Shown here piece by piece: positions 12,233 to 24,603 of a DNA stretch of 64,000 bases. Numbering within the stretch: the first letter of the stretch is position 1; every line of letters starts with the position of its first letter. The notes under the pieces are model-generated. The model worked only from the letters and a program-made list of their open reading frames with translations. It searched no databases and was not told where the DNA came from. A program made the position numbers and the translations under genes. The stretch is from Macrostomum lignano (Eukaryota): positions 124,001-188,000 of the forward strand of contig NIVC01001880.1 in assembly GCA_002269645.1 (NCBI GenBank), read 5' to 3'.

Positions 12233-13639
12233 ATGAGCAACGAAGCCACAGCTGAGTCCATCGCGGCCGCCGGACCCGACGTTGTCGTCGACCGCATCGA
12301 CGCCTTCCTGGACGACCGGAAGCTGACGCAGGAGCAGGTGGCGGATGTCTATAACCGCTGGTCGAGCACCTACGAGGCCGACCTCGCCCGCGTGCCGCTC
12401 GGCTACAACAATCCGAAACAGCTGGTGGACGCCTTCGCCAAGGTGATGCCGCCGGGGCAGCAGTGCCGCATCCTTGATGTCGCCTGCGGCACCGGCCTGG
12501 TTGGCGAGCGGCTCCGCCAGCTTGGCTATCAGCGCGTGGACGGCATCGACGGCAGCGAGCAGATGCTGGAAGCGGCCCGCCGGAAGGGCATCTACGATGG
12601 CCTGCACTGCGAGCTGATCGGCGACCAGCTGGTCAAGTGCGTCCCGCCGAGAACCTACGACGCCCTGCTGACCACCGGCTCGTTCTGTCCGAACCATCTC
12701 GCGCCCTCCTGTCTGCGGCACCTGGCCGCGCTGGTCAAGCCAGGTGAGATTTTTGAGACAGGAAGATTAGTCTGGACAGAGTTCGTTAGATGTTATGACC
12801 TGATGGAGTGAGCCTTAGATAAGTGCCGTTCACACATGCGCATGTTTTAAGTTTACTTTTGAACTGTGAAACTGGGGAACTGTTTAATCATAAGTTATAA
12901 ACCGGACAGGCCCTAGGGTGAAAAATTGATTGCGAATCAAGACTCGTTCAAACCACCACGATCAAATAAGGTTGAATTTCACTCCCGTAAACGTTCATTG
13001 ACCGCGTAATTAGATCGTGGCTCATTTGCTGGCCGTGTGTTGCTGGAATAGAAATTCAACCGGGTAAATTCGTAGAATTTGAGAAGCGGATTCAGTAAAG
13101 GCGACCCCCGCCAGTCAATCAGCGCCAAGGCATGCACTCACCCCATACCCACCAGCCAATCAGCGCGGAAACATGCACCCACCCCATACCCACCAGCCAA
13201 TCAGCGCGGAAGCATACACCCACCACATATCCACCAGCCAATCAGCGCGGAAGCATACACCCACCCCATATCCACCAGCCAATCAGCGCGGAAGCATACA
13301 CCCACCCCATATCCACCAGCCAATCAGCGCGGAAGCATGCACCCACCCCATAACCACCAGCCAATCATAAAATACGCTCGTAAGCCCTGCTGCCATACAA
13401 GCATTAGCGAAGTACCAGATGTAATTTATAAAGTATAGCTGCATCTCCACACCACAGGCGGCATTGTGGGCCTGGCCATTCGAAAGGAGTTCCTCAGCAC
13501 AGACCCCGTGCTGTGCCAGCTGGAGCCCGAGATGGACAAGCTACAAGCCGAGGGAGTCTGGCAGCCGGTTTTGCGCGAAGAGCGCGAGTGTTACTATGGC
13601 GACCAGGCCGGGATGTTCTATTTGCTCCGGGTGAACTAA
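12233..13639 (+). CDS. METTL27: Class I SAM-dependent methyltransferase, METTL27/WBSCR27-like, 230 aa, 2 exons
   Basis: Exons 12233-12743 (CCAG|gtgaga) and 13458-13639 (cacag|GC, TAA) join in phase 1. Motifs Y..W...YE.D, ILDVACGTGLVG, GID.S..ML..A..K.IY and VKPGG. Confidence 0.8.
13108..13366. repeat. 41-bp tandem repeat, ~6 copies, in the METTL27-like intron
   Basis: Unit CACCAGCCAATCAGCGCGGAAGCATACACCCACCCCATATC. Confidence 0.95.
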
Positions 13640-14879
13640 CAAAAAAAGAAGACCTTTTATAATGATTAACTGCTACTGCAAAACGGCACCAGGCTGAAAT
13701 AAAATGATTGACATCAACCGTTACATTGAAATTGTAACTACATACATAATTATAGAATGATTATAATCGTTATGGTACGCAAATTATGCGAATAAGTAGT
13801 AAGATAGGCTGATGTTAGATTTTTTGTGGAAATTTCGCGACAGAGCATCATCATGTACAGTGTACGCTTCTGAACTGTCTAAATGACACTTTCGAACTGA
13901 TCGAATTATACTCACTGTTGTGCTTTACACAGCTGGCTAATAAATTCGCATAACGACTTAAAAATGGTTATCTCACTGATCTACCTTCTGAAACAGAAAC
14001 TATATAATTGATAATTTAATAAATTCCACTAGCGTTTTGCAAATAACATACTTGGGCAATCTTTTACTTAGCTGCATTTAATTATTTTTCACTTTTCTTT
14101 CTCATTTCAGCCAACTTACTGATGGCTGGAAGGCCCTCTGCGCCCACTACGATTGTGCCCGAGGCCATCTAAGGCCAGCAGCCGAGCTTGGCAACTTCCT
14201 GTACTGGGTGGCTCATTATTACTGACTAATTGACTTACCTGACACTTAAAGACACTTACCTTTTATCCTCCTACCATCTTTATGTTCTGAAATTAAAAAA
14301 GAACCATTAAAAAAATTAAACGCAGTAAAGTAAAAGATTGCCCATACTTGATATGGTAACTTTATGACTTAGTAAAGTACTTAGTAAAGGACAAAAATAC
14401 AAGACTATTGAAATTAGTATTCTAATGTAGGTCCTTCATTCATTGGTATAAGTGTCGTTTTTTTATGCTTCCATTTGAGGTGGGGGCGGAGAAATGAAAA
14501 ATTTCTTTTATACTTGGCTTGGTTGTTTTGAATATTGGCCGGTTTGCTGCGACATCAATGTAGTAGTAGTAGTAGTAAATTTGGCTCAGGCAAGGAGCCT
14601 GTTTTGCCAATATTATACGATGTATTTAGTATTTGTTCACAAGGTTAAATGAGGTGGGCGGTTTTAACTTTGAATTGCCGCCGACGTTGAGTTCGCACGA
14701 ATTAAATCCGGAAAAATCGCGCAGACGAATCTCAACGAAATTTCTCCTGATACTCCGGCTGCCGGGGTCCTCAATTCCGGGGGAGGGTAGTTTCGGTCGT
14801 AGATGAGCGGTCTTTGTTAGGCTCGAGCGTTCAGAGCGGGTCCTTGGACACCGAAATTAATGTACCTCGAATGCTCGAC

Positions 14880-15030
14880 TGATTACTATCAGTAGGAGTA
14901 GCGCTGCCACCACCGTAATTTACGTAGTATTACGGAACGTTGAAGTCTCAGTGCTTTCTTTGAGTTGAGAACTTGGTTATTTTACGCCCCACTGGCAAAT
15001 GACTTAAGATAGACTAACGGCTTTTAATTA
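14880..15030. repeat. Dispersed repeat segment homologous to 53910-54055, probably a retroelement relic
   Basis: Shared blocks GCCACCACCGTAATTT, GCTTTCTTTGAGTTGAGA and GGCAAATGA. Minus-strand relic peptides SQLKESTET..ITVVAA and SQLKESSET..ITVVAT. Confidence 0.6.
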
Positions 15031-15692
15031 GTATTAAACAAAGAACGAATTAACGTTAGTTTATTGAACCAACCGCTGAATGTTAGAAAAAATACGCTGG
15101 AGTCGACTCGACGACAGAAATGGTTCCGGGGGAGCCGCGGTGCGGGGCTCTAAACTAAATAAGCTTGAGTTACTATTCCTTAGTAATTAGGTTTTGGCTA
15201 ACTGAGCACGAATAAGCAAGTACTAAAATTAAGTGTTATTAGAACAAGAGGGAGAGCGGGAGAGCGAGAGCGCGAGGGGAGGGGTGGGAGAAGGAGCTGG
15301 AGACGGGCAAAAGAAAGAGGCCAAGTTAAATACCCAAAAAGGAGCAGAAGGTGGGCAAAGTGGTCAAGAGAATGGGGACAGGGCGTGGACGCCAAGGTCC
15401 AGAGCTTGGCGAGCAAAAGTTCCGCAGAAAATGCACGGGAAAACAAACAAAACAGAAAAAGGGCATGTAAAACCAGAAAATGGCCGGTCAGTTACGCCAG
15501 AAAGAGGGGCTAAAACTCGTCATAGATTGCGCCAGGGGGTGGACAGATAGGGCCATAAACGGGGTGGCGGCAAAATGGAAAGTCCGTAAAATGTTATTAG
15601 GAAATTTTAAAAATAATAATTTGTTAGTGGGAGTCCGCACTACCACACATTTGAGTTGGCTTAGTTTCTAGGAAAGTATTTTTTTCTCTTTG

Positions 15693-17649
15693 TGATGGGT
15701 TTCGACCTTTCGGCCCCCTGTGGGGAAGCCTTCGGGCCTCAGGTCTCAGAAATAAATCAATAAGAGTCCTGGCCCCCCACTCCTGTCAGATGGTCAGCCC
15801 CATGGTAGCTTGATCGTGTGGCGAGCAGTCTAGGTCCTATAGCTAAGAGAGGGACAGCGAGAGACAAGCAGGGAGAATTTTGAAGGTAGAAATTAGCTAA
15901 TCCGCAGACTAAGCGCTGCCACCAGCCCGTGCGTCCTGGCTCACCACACGGGACTCTCGAAATCGGGCTTCCGACTAGAAGGGGCTTTGCACTTACCTGC
16001 CGACTAGTGTCTTTTTGCAGTCAATCTCGAAGTCATAGCCGATGTTAAGGGACACTGCTGGGACTAGATCGCATTGGCCATGCAGGTACAGAGGGGACTT
16101 GTACAGGGGATTCTTGCAGTGGCGAGTCTATGGGGTAGCCACATGTACTATTACATTGCTAAATACGAAGAATTGTACTTTTGGCCTTCAACGCGCCACT
16201 AGCCTCTCCTAGCGCTGATGATAGGCTAACTCGAACATCAGAGACCGCATGATTCATCACCCGAGCCGCTTGGCGAACCTAGAGTGCACAGAGTACATCT
16301 CTGGAGCCGATTCTGCACTTCTGGCTGTTTTGCTAACTGATTTGATAGATTGATCGACTGAGAACTGCCTTGCCATTGGTCCACTAGCTTAGCTACTCAT
16401 CTGAGCCATCGGCGAACAAATAAATAAAACCGATAAAAATAACTGTCAGATTTAACCTTCTCCTCAGATCACTTCACACTTCAGATTGAATTGGAGTTTT
16501 AGACTACTAGCAGTATTATTGAATGACTTCTGCCTCGATTACAGCACTACTGAACAAAAAGAGCAAAAGTGTGCGCCTAATCCAGCTACTGAAACAGGGG
16601 ACAGATAAGGAATCACCCAACCAAGCAAGTCTCTCACCCAACCAATCAGAAACTCAACAGCCGGAGACCAGGTAATCCACAGTGACCGAATCGGCTTAGT
16701 GCTTCGCAGCTGTAGACCCGGGATGGTGCTGATGTCACGGTCTTCGCAGATAGCTAGCAGGTGATGCTCTTAACTTTGATGTTCGCTGCTGATGACCGGG
16801 GGACTCGTCCTTGATGATAATGGGGGAAGTCGCAATCCGGGGATCAAGAAACGACGGTCGCGCTCCGGGACGTCTCAATCTAAGCTAAGGTCCCAGCAGG
16901 AGTGAGGTCCGAGCGGGCCAAAAACACCGGTTTAAATAGCCGCCAACTGGACCGCAGTTTGTTATAATGGAACACGTCGATTCTGATTGGCTGAGCCGAT
17001 TTGTTAAAATGAGCGTCGAATTTTCGGATTGGCTAAGCTTGTTGCCACCCAGAATCACGTGACCAAGAGATCCTATCAGTTCCCTCGGGGTCGTAAAAAC
17101 AACAGGTGCGGCCATAAATCAATCAAAATCGCAACAAAATGATTTATGACTTTTCGCGTAGAATTGACAAAAATTAATGAAAAAATATACATTAGAAAGC
17201 TCTTATTAAATAGAAAGTGAAGGTAATGAAGAGAAATCGCTAATCGCTAATCCCAAAGTACTTTTAGGGGTAAAACGCATAGCTGTCAAAGCTGTCACAC
17301 GCTTGAGTGAATCCGAACAATAGGCTCTGACCTCATAAATCTTGATGGCCTGTCAAAATGATGAGAAAAATTAAGCTACCGCCCGCATCTTCTCAGACCA
17401 TTTGGCGCCCGCCTCAACACTGAGTGAGGCGCAGGTGGCTGTCAGACCCGCTCCGAAAGCGATGATTTATGACCCAAAAAGCTGCGCCTAGGTTATTATG
17501 ACTACTAGTATGACCAAACATTATATCTAGTATAGATTCTATGACAATTCGCAGAAACAGGATAAAAATGCCCATTGCCCACTGTTAGTAGGCTAGTAAG
17601 TTTAGAGCCCATGTGCTAGCGCGGGATTTGGAAAAGTGCGTCCTCATCA
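15693..17649 (-). mobile_element. Solo LTR (1957 bp), Ty3/Gypsy-type termini
   Basis: Termini TGATG...CATCA with 4-bp TSD TTTG at 15689-15692 and 17650-17653. No long ORF. Confidence 0.85.
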
Positions 17650-17780
17650 TTTGTGTTAAAACTGTATGAGTTGAGAGGAACTCTGTAATTTATTTAAGTT
17701 TGTCTAAATAATCACAGCTTAATTTAAAAATATTTCTATGACAATTTAAAAGGTAATTTTGTTATTATATTTTACTGATT

Positions 17781-19778
17781 TGATGGGTTTCGACCTTCGG
17801 GCTCCTTGTTAGGGAAGCCTTCGGGCCTCAGGCTCAGAAATAAATCAATTAGAGACCTGGCCCCCCCACTCCTGTCAGATGGTCAGCCCCATGGTAGCTT
17901 GATCGTGTGGCGAGCAGTCTAGGTCCTATAGCTAAGAGAGGGACAGCGAGAGACGAGCAGGGAGAATTTTGAAAGTAGAAATTAGCTAATCCGCAGATCA
18001 ACTAACTTGCTGCCACCAGCCCGTGCGCCCTGGTTCACCACACCGGGACTCTCGAAATCGGGCTTCCGACTAGAAGGGGCTTTGCACTTACCCGCCAACT
18101 AGTGTCTTTTTGCTGTCAATCTCGAAGTCATAGCCGATGATAAGGGACACTGCTGGGACTAGATCGCGTTGGCCATGCAGGTACAGAGGGGACTTGTGCA
18201 GGGGATTCTTGCAGTGGCGAGACTATGGGGTAGCTACATGTACTATTACATTGCTAAATACGAAGATATGTACTTTTGGCCTTCAACGCGCCAACTAGCC
18301 TCTCATAGCGCTGATGATAGGCTAACTCGAACTTCAGAGACCGCATGATTCATTTACCCGAGCCGCTTGGCTACCCTAGAGTGCACAAAGTACATCTCTG
18401 GCGCCGATTCTGCACTTTTAGCAGTTTTGCTCACTGATTTGTTAGATTGGTCGACTGAGAACTGCCTTGCCATTGGTCCACTGTGACCGGCGCCTACTAG
18501 CTTAGCTACTCATCTGAGCCATCGGCGAACAAAGAAATAAAACCGACAAAGATAACTGTTAGATTTAACCTTCTCCTTAGTTCACTTCACACTTCAGATT
18601 GAATTGGAGTCTTAGACTACTAGCAGTATTATTGAATGATTCCTGCCTCAGCAACAGCACTACTGAACAAAATGAGCAAAAGTGTGCGCCTAATTCAGCT
18701 ACTGCAACAGGGAACAGAAAAGGGATCACCCAATCAAGCAAGTCTAGGTAGCCTCTCACCCAACCAATCAGAAACTCAACAGCCGGAGACCAGGTATTCC
18801 ACAGTGACCGAATCGGCTCGATGCTCTGCAGCTGTAGACTCGGGATGATGCTGTCACAATCTTCGCTGTTAGCTAGCAGGTGATGCTCTTAACTGGATGT
18901 TCGCTGCTGTCGACCGGGGGACTCGTCCTTGATGATGATGGGGGAAGTTGCAATCCGGGGATCAAGAAACGACGGTCGTGCTCCGGGAACCAGAAGTTGC
19001 GCGCTGGGCCCGAGCCAAAGTAAGAAGAAGTAGCGTCCGAGCGGGCCAAAAACTCCGGTTTAAATAGCCGCCAACTGGACCGCAGTTTGTTATAACGGAA
19101 CACGTCGATTCTGATTGGCTGAGCCGTTTTGTTAAAATGAGCGCCGAATTTTCTGATTGGCTAAGCTCGTTGCTACCCAGAATCACGTGACCGAGAGATC
19201 CTATCAGTTCCCACAGGGTCGTAAAAAGATGACAGGTGCGGCCATAAATCACTCAAAATCGCAACAAAATGATTTATGACTTTTCGCGTAGGATTGACAG
19301 AAATTAATGAAAAAATATACATTAGAAAGCTCTTATTAAATAGAAAGTGAAGATAATGAAGAGAAATCGCTAATCGCTAATCCCAAGGTACTTTTAGGGG
19401 TAAAACGCATAGCTGTCAAAGCTGTCACACGCTTGAGTGAATCCGAACAATAGGCTCTGACCTCATAAATCTTGATGGCCTGTCAAAATGATGAGAAAAA
19501 AGCTACCGCCCGCATCCTCTCAGACCATCTGGCGCCCGCTTCAACACTGAGTGAGGCGCAGGTGGCTGTCAGATCAGCTTCGAAAGCGATGATTTATGAC
19601 CCAAAAAGCTGCGCCTATGTTATTATGACTACTAGTATGGCCAGACATTATATCTAGTATAGATTCTATGAAAATTCGCAGAAAAAGGATAAAAATGCCC
19701 ACTGCCCACTGTTAGTAGGCAAGTAAGTTTAGAGCCCATGTGCTAGCGCGGGATTTGGGAAAAAGTGCGTCCTCATCA
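17781..19778 (-). mobile_element. Solo LTR (1998 bp), more diverged copy of the same family
   Basis: Termini TGATG...CATCA with 4-bp TSD GATT at 17777-17780 and 19779-19782. Confidence 0.85.
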
Positions 19779-21363
19779 GATTTAGCAACAATACATACAA
19801 TAGCTAGAATGCGTCTTGCACGAAGAGACAGCGGCCGTGTCAATAAAACCTGCACAGCGCCCAGCAGCCGTGTCGTTAATATTGAATGGCCGAATGGGTT
19901 CACACTTGAAGACACAGAGGGTGCCGTGTCCCTACTAATTGGTAGGGTAAGAGGGTGCCGTGACACTGCAGGCGGTCTCTTTATTGCCCAAATTAAAAGC
20001 AACAGTACCATGTGTGCGTTTACATTAGGGCCTATAGACACGGCGGGCATGCCTATAAGCTCCAATATTATAGATACGGCCGCCGTGTCTACTAATAAGT
20101 ACTCCTTTTAGCAGAGTCCTTATTTTGCACGGAAATTCAAATTGATTGTCAGGCAATTTCGTTTCACTTGAAATATATATACGCTCTCATTCGAGTCATT
20201 ACTTGCTCCATGGAACGGTACTGTACATGCACTGTTACATAGGTGATCAATGGAAATTGACAATCGATCAGATAGGAACGGAAGCTAGCTATAACCAATC
20301 CGAGTATCAGCAAAGTTAGATTTTGTTTCACACCTTATATTTTGAGTCTGTGCGGAGTGCTCTACTGACAGTAGATCTGGAAAGTGTCGTACGTGGAAAT
20401 AATTCACTTAAATTAGACTGTTTACCCTTCGATTTTACTTTTAGATTGTGACTTCTCTTTCCTGTGTGATTCATGATAGGCAATGATTTCTGGCTTCGTG
20501 TTAAAATCAGCGTTTCGAACGCCCGTCAGTAACTAACCACGGACTGGCACTGATCAATGGTGTCACATACATCAGTGCATGCATTTATAAAAGCTATAAT
20601 TTCTCAACGGTAATTATATTTAAAATCAGTAAAAACAAAAGCTTAAAAGTTATAAAAAGTTATAAGGCTTTTGGCTTTTTTCTTTGTAGATCAATAAGAT
20701 TTTCCGATTAAGATTTCAACTTCAACGTTCAAGCAAATTCAAATGCCCTCGTATGACCCTACGAAGGGCCGTTTTACCTAGTGAAATTAGAATTAAGCCC
20801 AAGATGCTCTCCGAGTTAATTAGTTGTAGTCTTTATTATATTTTGTCCGCCAAAATTATAACTATTTCATTAAATATAATTGTTAAGGAACACTAAATAG
20901 CTTTTTATTAGAGTTTACTAACATTTATAAATCCACATTAGTCTTTGTGGCCTTTAAAGGGCCGTTTTACTCAGAGACAATTTTTTTACGTGTAACTAAA
21001 GTTTGCATTAATCGATATGGCAACAGCCTAGACAGGGAGTTTTTAAAACTGACTCGAAAAATTTGCATGTCGTGAGTTCTCTAAAAAAACTCTAGAAAGA
21101 GTTGCTTTTTAATTTCAAATTTATCATTTTTGTCATTTTCAGCTGGCCGCAGAGAATTTTACCTCTTGTCTATTCTGCCTTTTGAATTTCCCCATATTCT
21201 GAAATAGAGATTTTCGAAATTCAAAAGATTAAAACATTATGCCCAATAATTTTGTATATTGTACTAACTGTAACCGTAACTAACCACTCCTAAAATTTTG
21301 CCAACATGAACAACTGAAGAATAAAATTCTTTTAAGATCGATATTTTGGTGTATTAGCGTCAG

Positions 21364-21407
21364 CCAATGAGGAACGAGCAGCCTTGGTAGATCTTGGGGC
21401 TTATAAA
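21364..21407 (+). promoter_or_regulatory. Histone H4 promoter: CCAAT box and TATA box
   Basis: CCAAT at 21364-21368 and TATAAA at 21402-21407, about 90 bp upstream of the ATG. Confidence 0.6.
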
Positions 21408-21486
21408 GATAAAGTGAACAGAAACATGCTTTTCTATCATATCATATCGGTTATTATTAAACTCAGTTTCTTCAAAGCGAATCTAG

Positions 21487-21807
<321 letters not shown>

Positions 21808-21916
21808 GCGCATTTCAACTCCGTGCCCTGTACTGTGTACAGGCGGGCTAGGCTAGGCAAAATGATGCCTAAGCTCTGCTCGTAATTTATTTCCATCAAC
21901 TACTGAACGTTAAAAC

Positions 21917-21932
21917 GGCCCTTTTCAGGGCC
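21917..21932 (+). promoter_or_regulatory. Histone mRNA 3' stem-loop
   Basis: AAAAC-GGCCCT-TTTC-AGGGCC-ACCAA, the canonical SLBP-type element, about 110 nt after the stop codon. Confidence 0.95.
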
Positions 21933-22139
21933 ACCAAATCTGTTTTATGCTTGCCAATCGTCGCTTGCTTGCGCACAGTTAGTGCTAGTATTAATAACTT
22001 GTATTAATAATTTTTAACCCCGCCCAATTGTGCTTCTATGAATGATTCTGCTTCGATCAATATCGAAAACGAGGCCTCTGATGGGCCTCTGTTTCACGGA
22101 GAGGATTTCGATGGATCTTCAGTCAGGATCATGGAGATG

Positions 22140-22410
22140 AAAGTAAAGAGCAGAGAGGAGAGATTATAGAAAAGAGAGAAGATGTGAGAGGAAAGATAAC
22201 AGATTAGAGAGAATTAAGGAGAGTGAGGCGGGAATGAAGAGAGGAAAGGGGAGGTATAAGAGCAGAGAGTAAACGAGGGAGAAGAGAAGTAAGGGAGTAA
22301 AGATAAGAGTGAGAGGAAAGAGAAGAGAGATGAAAGATCAGAGATAAGAGGAGAAAGTAGTGAGGGGAAAGAGAAGTAAGGGAGGAGCGCAGAGATGAGA
22401 GAGAAAAGAC
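22140..22410. repeat. GA-rich low-complexity tract
   Basis: Purine-rich degenerate repeats. Confidence 0.85.
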
Positions 22411-22841
22411 CGGAGAATCAGTCTGGACAACGGCAGTCAGTTTTGCAAACAGGGAAAACAAGAGATGGCATTTGAAAGGCTTTGGAGACGATTTGGAAGA
22501 TGGGATTCAAGATATGGAATTTCAGCTGATGTATTTCAGAGAATGCAATTCTGGCGATGGGAGTTGTTCCCCTTTCTTCTCCGAAGGAGAATTCCAGGAG
22601 TACGACGTTTGCTTGCCGAATGTTGCTTGCCGAAGTTTGAGATTGAGATCTCATAGATGAAATAAAAAGCTACTCAATCAAACTAAGAATGATGCATGCA
22701 CTGCAGAGACTACTGACAAAATTGAGTTCAGTAGTTGAGTTTCGCCCTTGTTGCAAAATTATTGCAAAATATGATTGAATTTACACCCCAAAATTTTGTA
22801 TTTATTTACTGCCGATGTCACTCGTTTCTTTCGCTCAAAAA

Positions 22842-22884
22842 TAAACCTGAAGATGCACAGTATCGTGCGAAACGCGTTGTTCAA
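22842..22884 (+). ncRNA. Minimal type I hammerhead ribozyme, Penelope-like-element type
   Basis: Core CTGAAGA at 22847-22853; extra T; stem II GCAC/GTGC with loop AGTATC; GAAA at 22869-22872; palindromic ACGCGT helix III; GTT cleavage triplet; short stem I AAC/GTT. Confidence 0.75.
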
Positions 22885-23394
22885 TTAAATTAATTTAATG
22901 TTGATTTTTGCCAATTCCTATTTATTGTAAAATTTTCACATTAGCTTCAGGGCCACCTGCATAGTGGTTAATGAGTGGCCCATCTTGTATAGAATTTTTG
23001 GTTATACATGTATAGTGGGTCAAAGACTTTCGATCATAGAACCTGAATTCGGCGGGTATTAAAAAAATTGTTTAACCTCTTGATGAAACATTATGCGGAG
23101 TACATGTAGAACTAATTAAGCAGATCGCATTGAGTGCAGGGGTGTTGAGGCGAAGTCATCAATACAAAATTCACCATAAGGAAATTTTCAATAAGAAAGT
23201 CATGGACATTTGTAGAAAACTGCACTCTGGCTCTCCCAGTATTCCCCCACTTGCCCCGGGCGAACGTCTATGGTCTCAGTGTAAATTTCATTTTCTTTTA
23301 TTATTAACACAACCGGCTTAAAAACAAAGAAAATGTAACGATGCTACGCGGCTTCAGCTTACGCAATTGCTGCCGAAAAAAATCGGTACATGTC

Positions 23395-24335
23395 ATTATT
23401 GTACCCTTTTGACTTCCCTTGTCTATGGCCCAGACATAGTGCGGATGCTGAGTATGAAATGCGATTGTTGCCGGAATGCGCTTTGAAAGGGTTGTAGAGA
23501 TAATCAATCGTCTATGGCAAATTTAGTTGCTCTCTAAATGAAAGGGTTGTAGAGATAATCAATCGTCTATGGCAAATTTAGTTGCTCTCTAAATGAAAGG
23601 GTTGTAGAGATAATCAATCGTCTATGGCAAATTTAGTTGCTCTCTAAATGAAAGGGTTGTAGAGATAATTAATCGTTTATGGCAAATTTAAAGGACAGTG
23701 AAGACAGCTAGCCTGGCTGCCATGAGTTAATTCTCAAGTTGATTTTGAGCTTGAATTAATTCTCCTATTCGGAGTGCAAATAGGAAAAGTAGCTATGATT
23801 CGCTACGCAAACATTCCTGGCGGAGAAATATGTGGACTCTCCACGGACGAGTTGGCTTTTGTCACCCGAGAGTCGAGCACGCGCTACGTTCTGGAGATGG
23901 ACAACCTGGATGCGTCGTCCAGTTCCAACGGGCTGCCTGAGCTAGGTAGCGAAGATCTGGAAATGGGTCCAAAGTCACCAAGATTGACGACGATGCGGAA
24001 TCCACCATCGAAAGTGTGACAACTGGGTCTGATAGAGGCGAGCTGATGAAAGCACCCGAGGGCGGCCAAGACCTGCCGAGAAGCCTCTGTGGTGGTCAGT
24101 TCCACAACTGCACATTCAACTTTTACGGAAAGTAAAACAATTGATTCGATCGGTTTGTTCTTAAGAACTTTTTGTGACTATGAAACACTTTCGCCGTGTT
24201 GCTATTGTTGTTCCTTGTTTTGATAGCCAAATACATTCGTCTGAAATCCGGCAACAATCGAAAAAAGCCGACAAACAATTAAATTGTTACCGCAAGTATG
24301 AATGCCGGAAACCATAGACAAAAGGGAACAATAAT
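23395..24335 (+). mobile_element. Decayed TIR-bounded element with a C-terminal FHNCTFNF peptide (Crypton/DUF3504-like motif)
   Basis: Inverted blocks CGATTGTTGCCGGA (23462-23475 / 24247-24260), TTGTCTATGG (23419 / 24312) and ATTATTGT (23395 / 24328). Peptide GGQFHNCTFNFYGK* ends at 24135. Confidence 0.4.
23484..23689. repeat. 55-bp tandem repeat, ~3.8 copies
   Basis: Unit TGAAAGGGTTGTAGAGATAATCAATCGTCTATGGCAAATTTAGTTGCTCTCTAAA. Confidence 0.95.
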
Positions 24336-24406
24336 CTTTTTATCACCCCGCAAGAAAATACGAGCCAATATATTTCAAAGCTGTTACACGTATTGCTGTA
24401 GCCTCA

Positions 24407-24575
24407 GGAGTTATAGCCTAGTGGTAAGAGCGTCGCGGACTCACGACTGAAAGGTCCGGGGTTCGATTCTTGACCCACTCGGAACAATTCGTGTCCTTCA
24501 GCAAGACACTTAACTCTGCATTGCTTTGGTTCACCCAGCTGTAAAATATGGGTGCTAACAACAACAACAAACAAA
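24407..24575 (+). mobile_element. tRNA-derived SINE with a CORE-like central domain and (AAC)n tail
   Basis: A box TAGCCTAGTGG, B box GGTTCGATTC, CORE-like GTGTCCTTCAGCAAGACACTTAAC, then CACCCAGCTGTAAAATATGGGT and an (AAC)n tail. Confidence 0.8.
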
Positions 24576-24603
24576 GTACGCTGTCAGGTGGAAAAAAGCA
24601 GCA

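Noticed and set aside
15693-19782. LTR ends read as a split hammerhead (CTGATGAG-GAC ... GTC-GAAAC on the minus strand)
   Set aside because: Stems I and III cannot be formed from the flanks, and the leading C belongs to the TSD in one copy only. TG...CA termini with 4-bp TSDs explain the sequence better.
22070-22135. Minus-strand CTGAAGA...GAAA hammerhead-like core
   Set aside because: The 6-nt spacer TCCATC cannot form stem II.
24407-24480. Possible tRNA gene
   Set aside because: A and B boxes are present, but the acceptor and anticodon stems do not pair, and it continues into a CORE-like domain and tail, so it is a SINE head.
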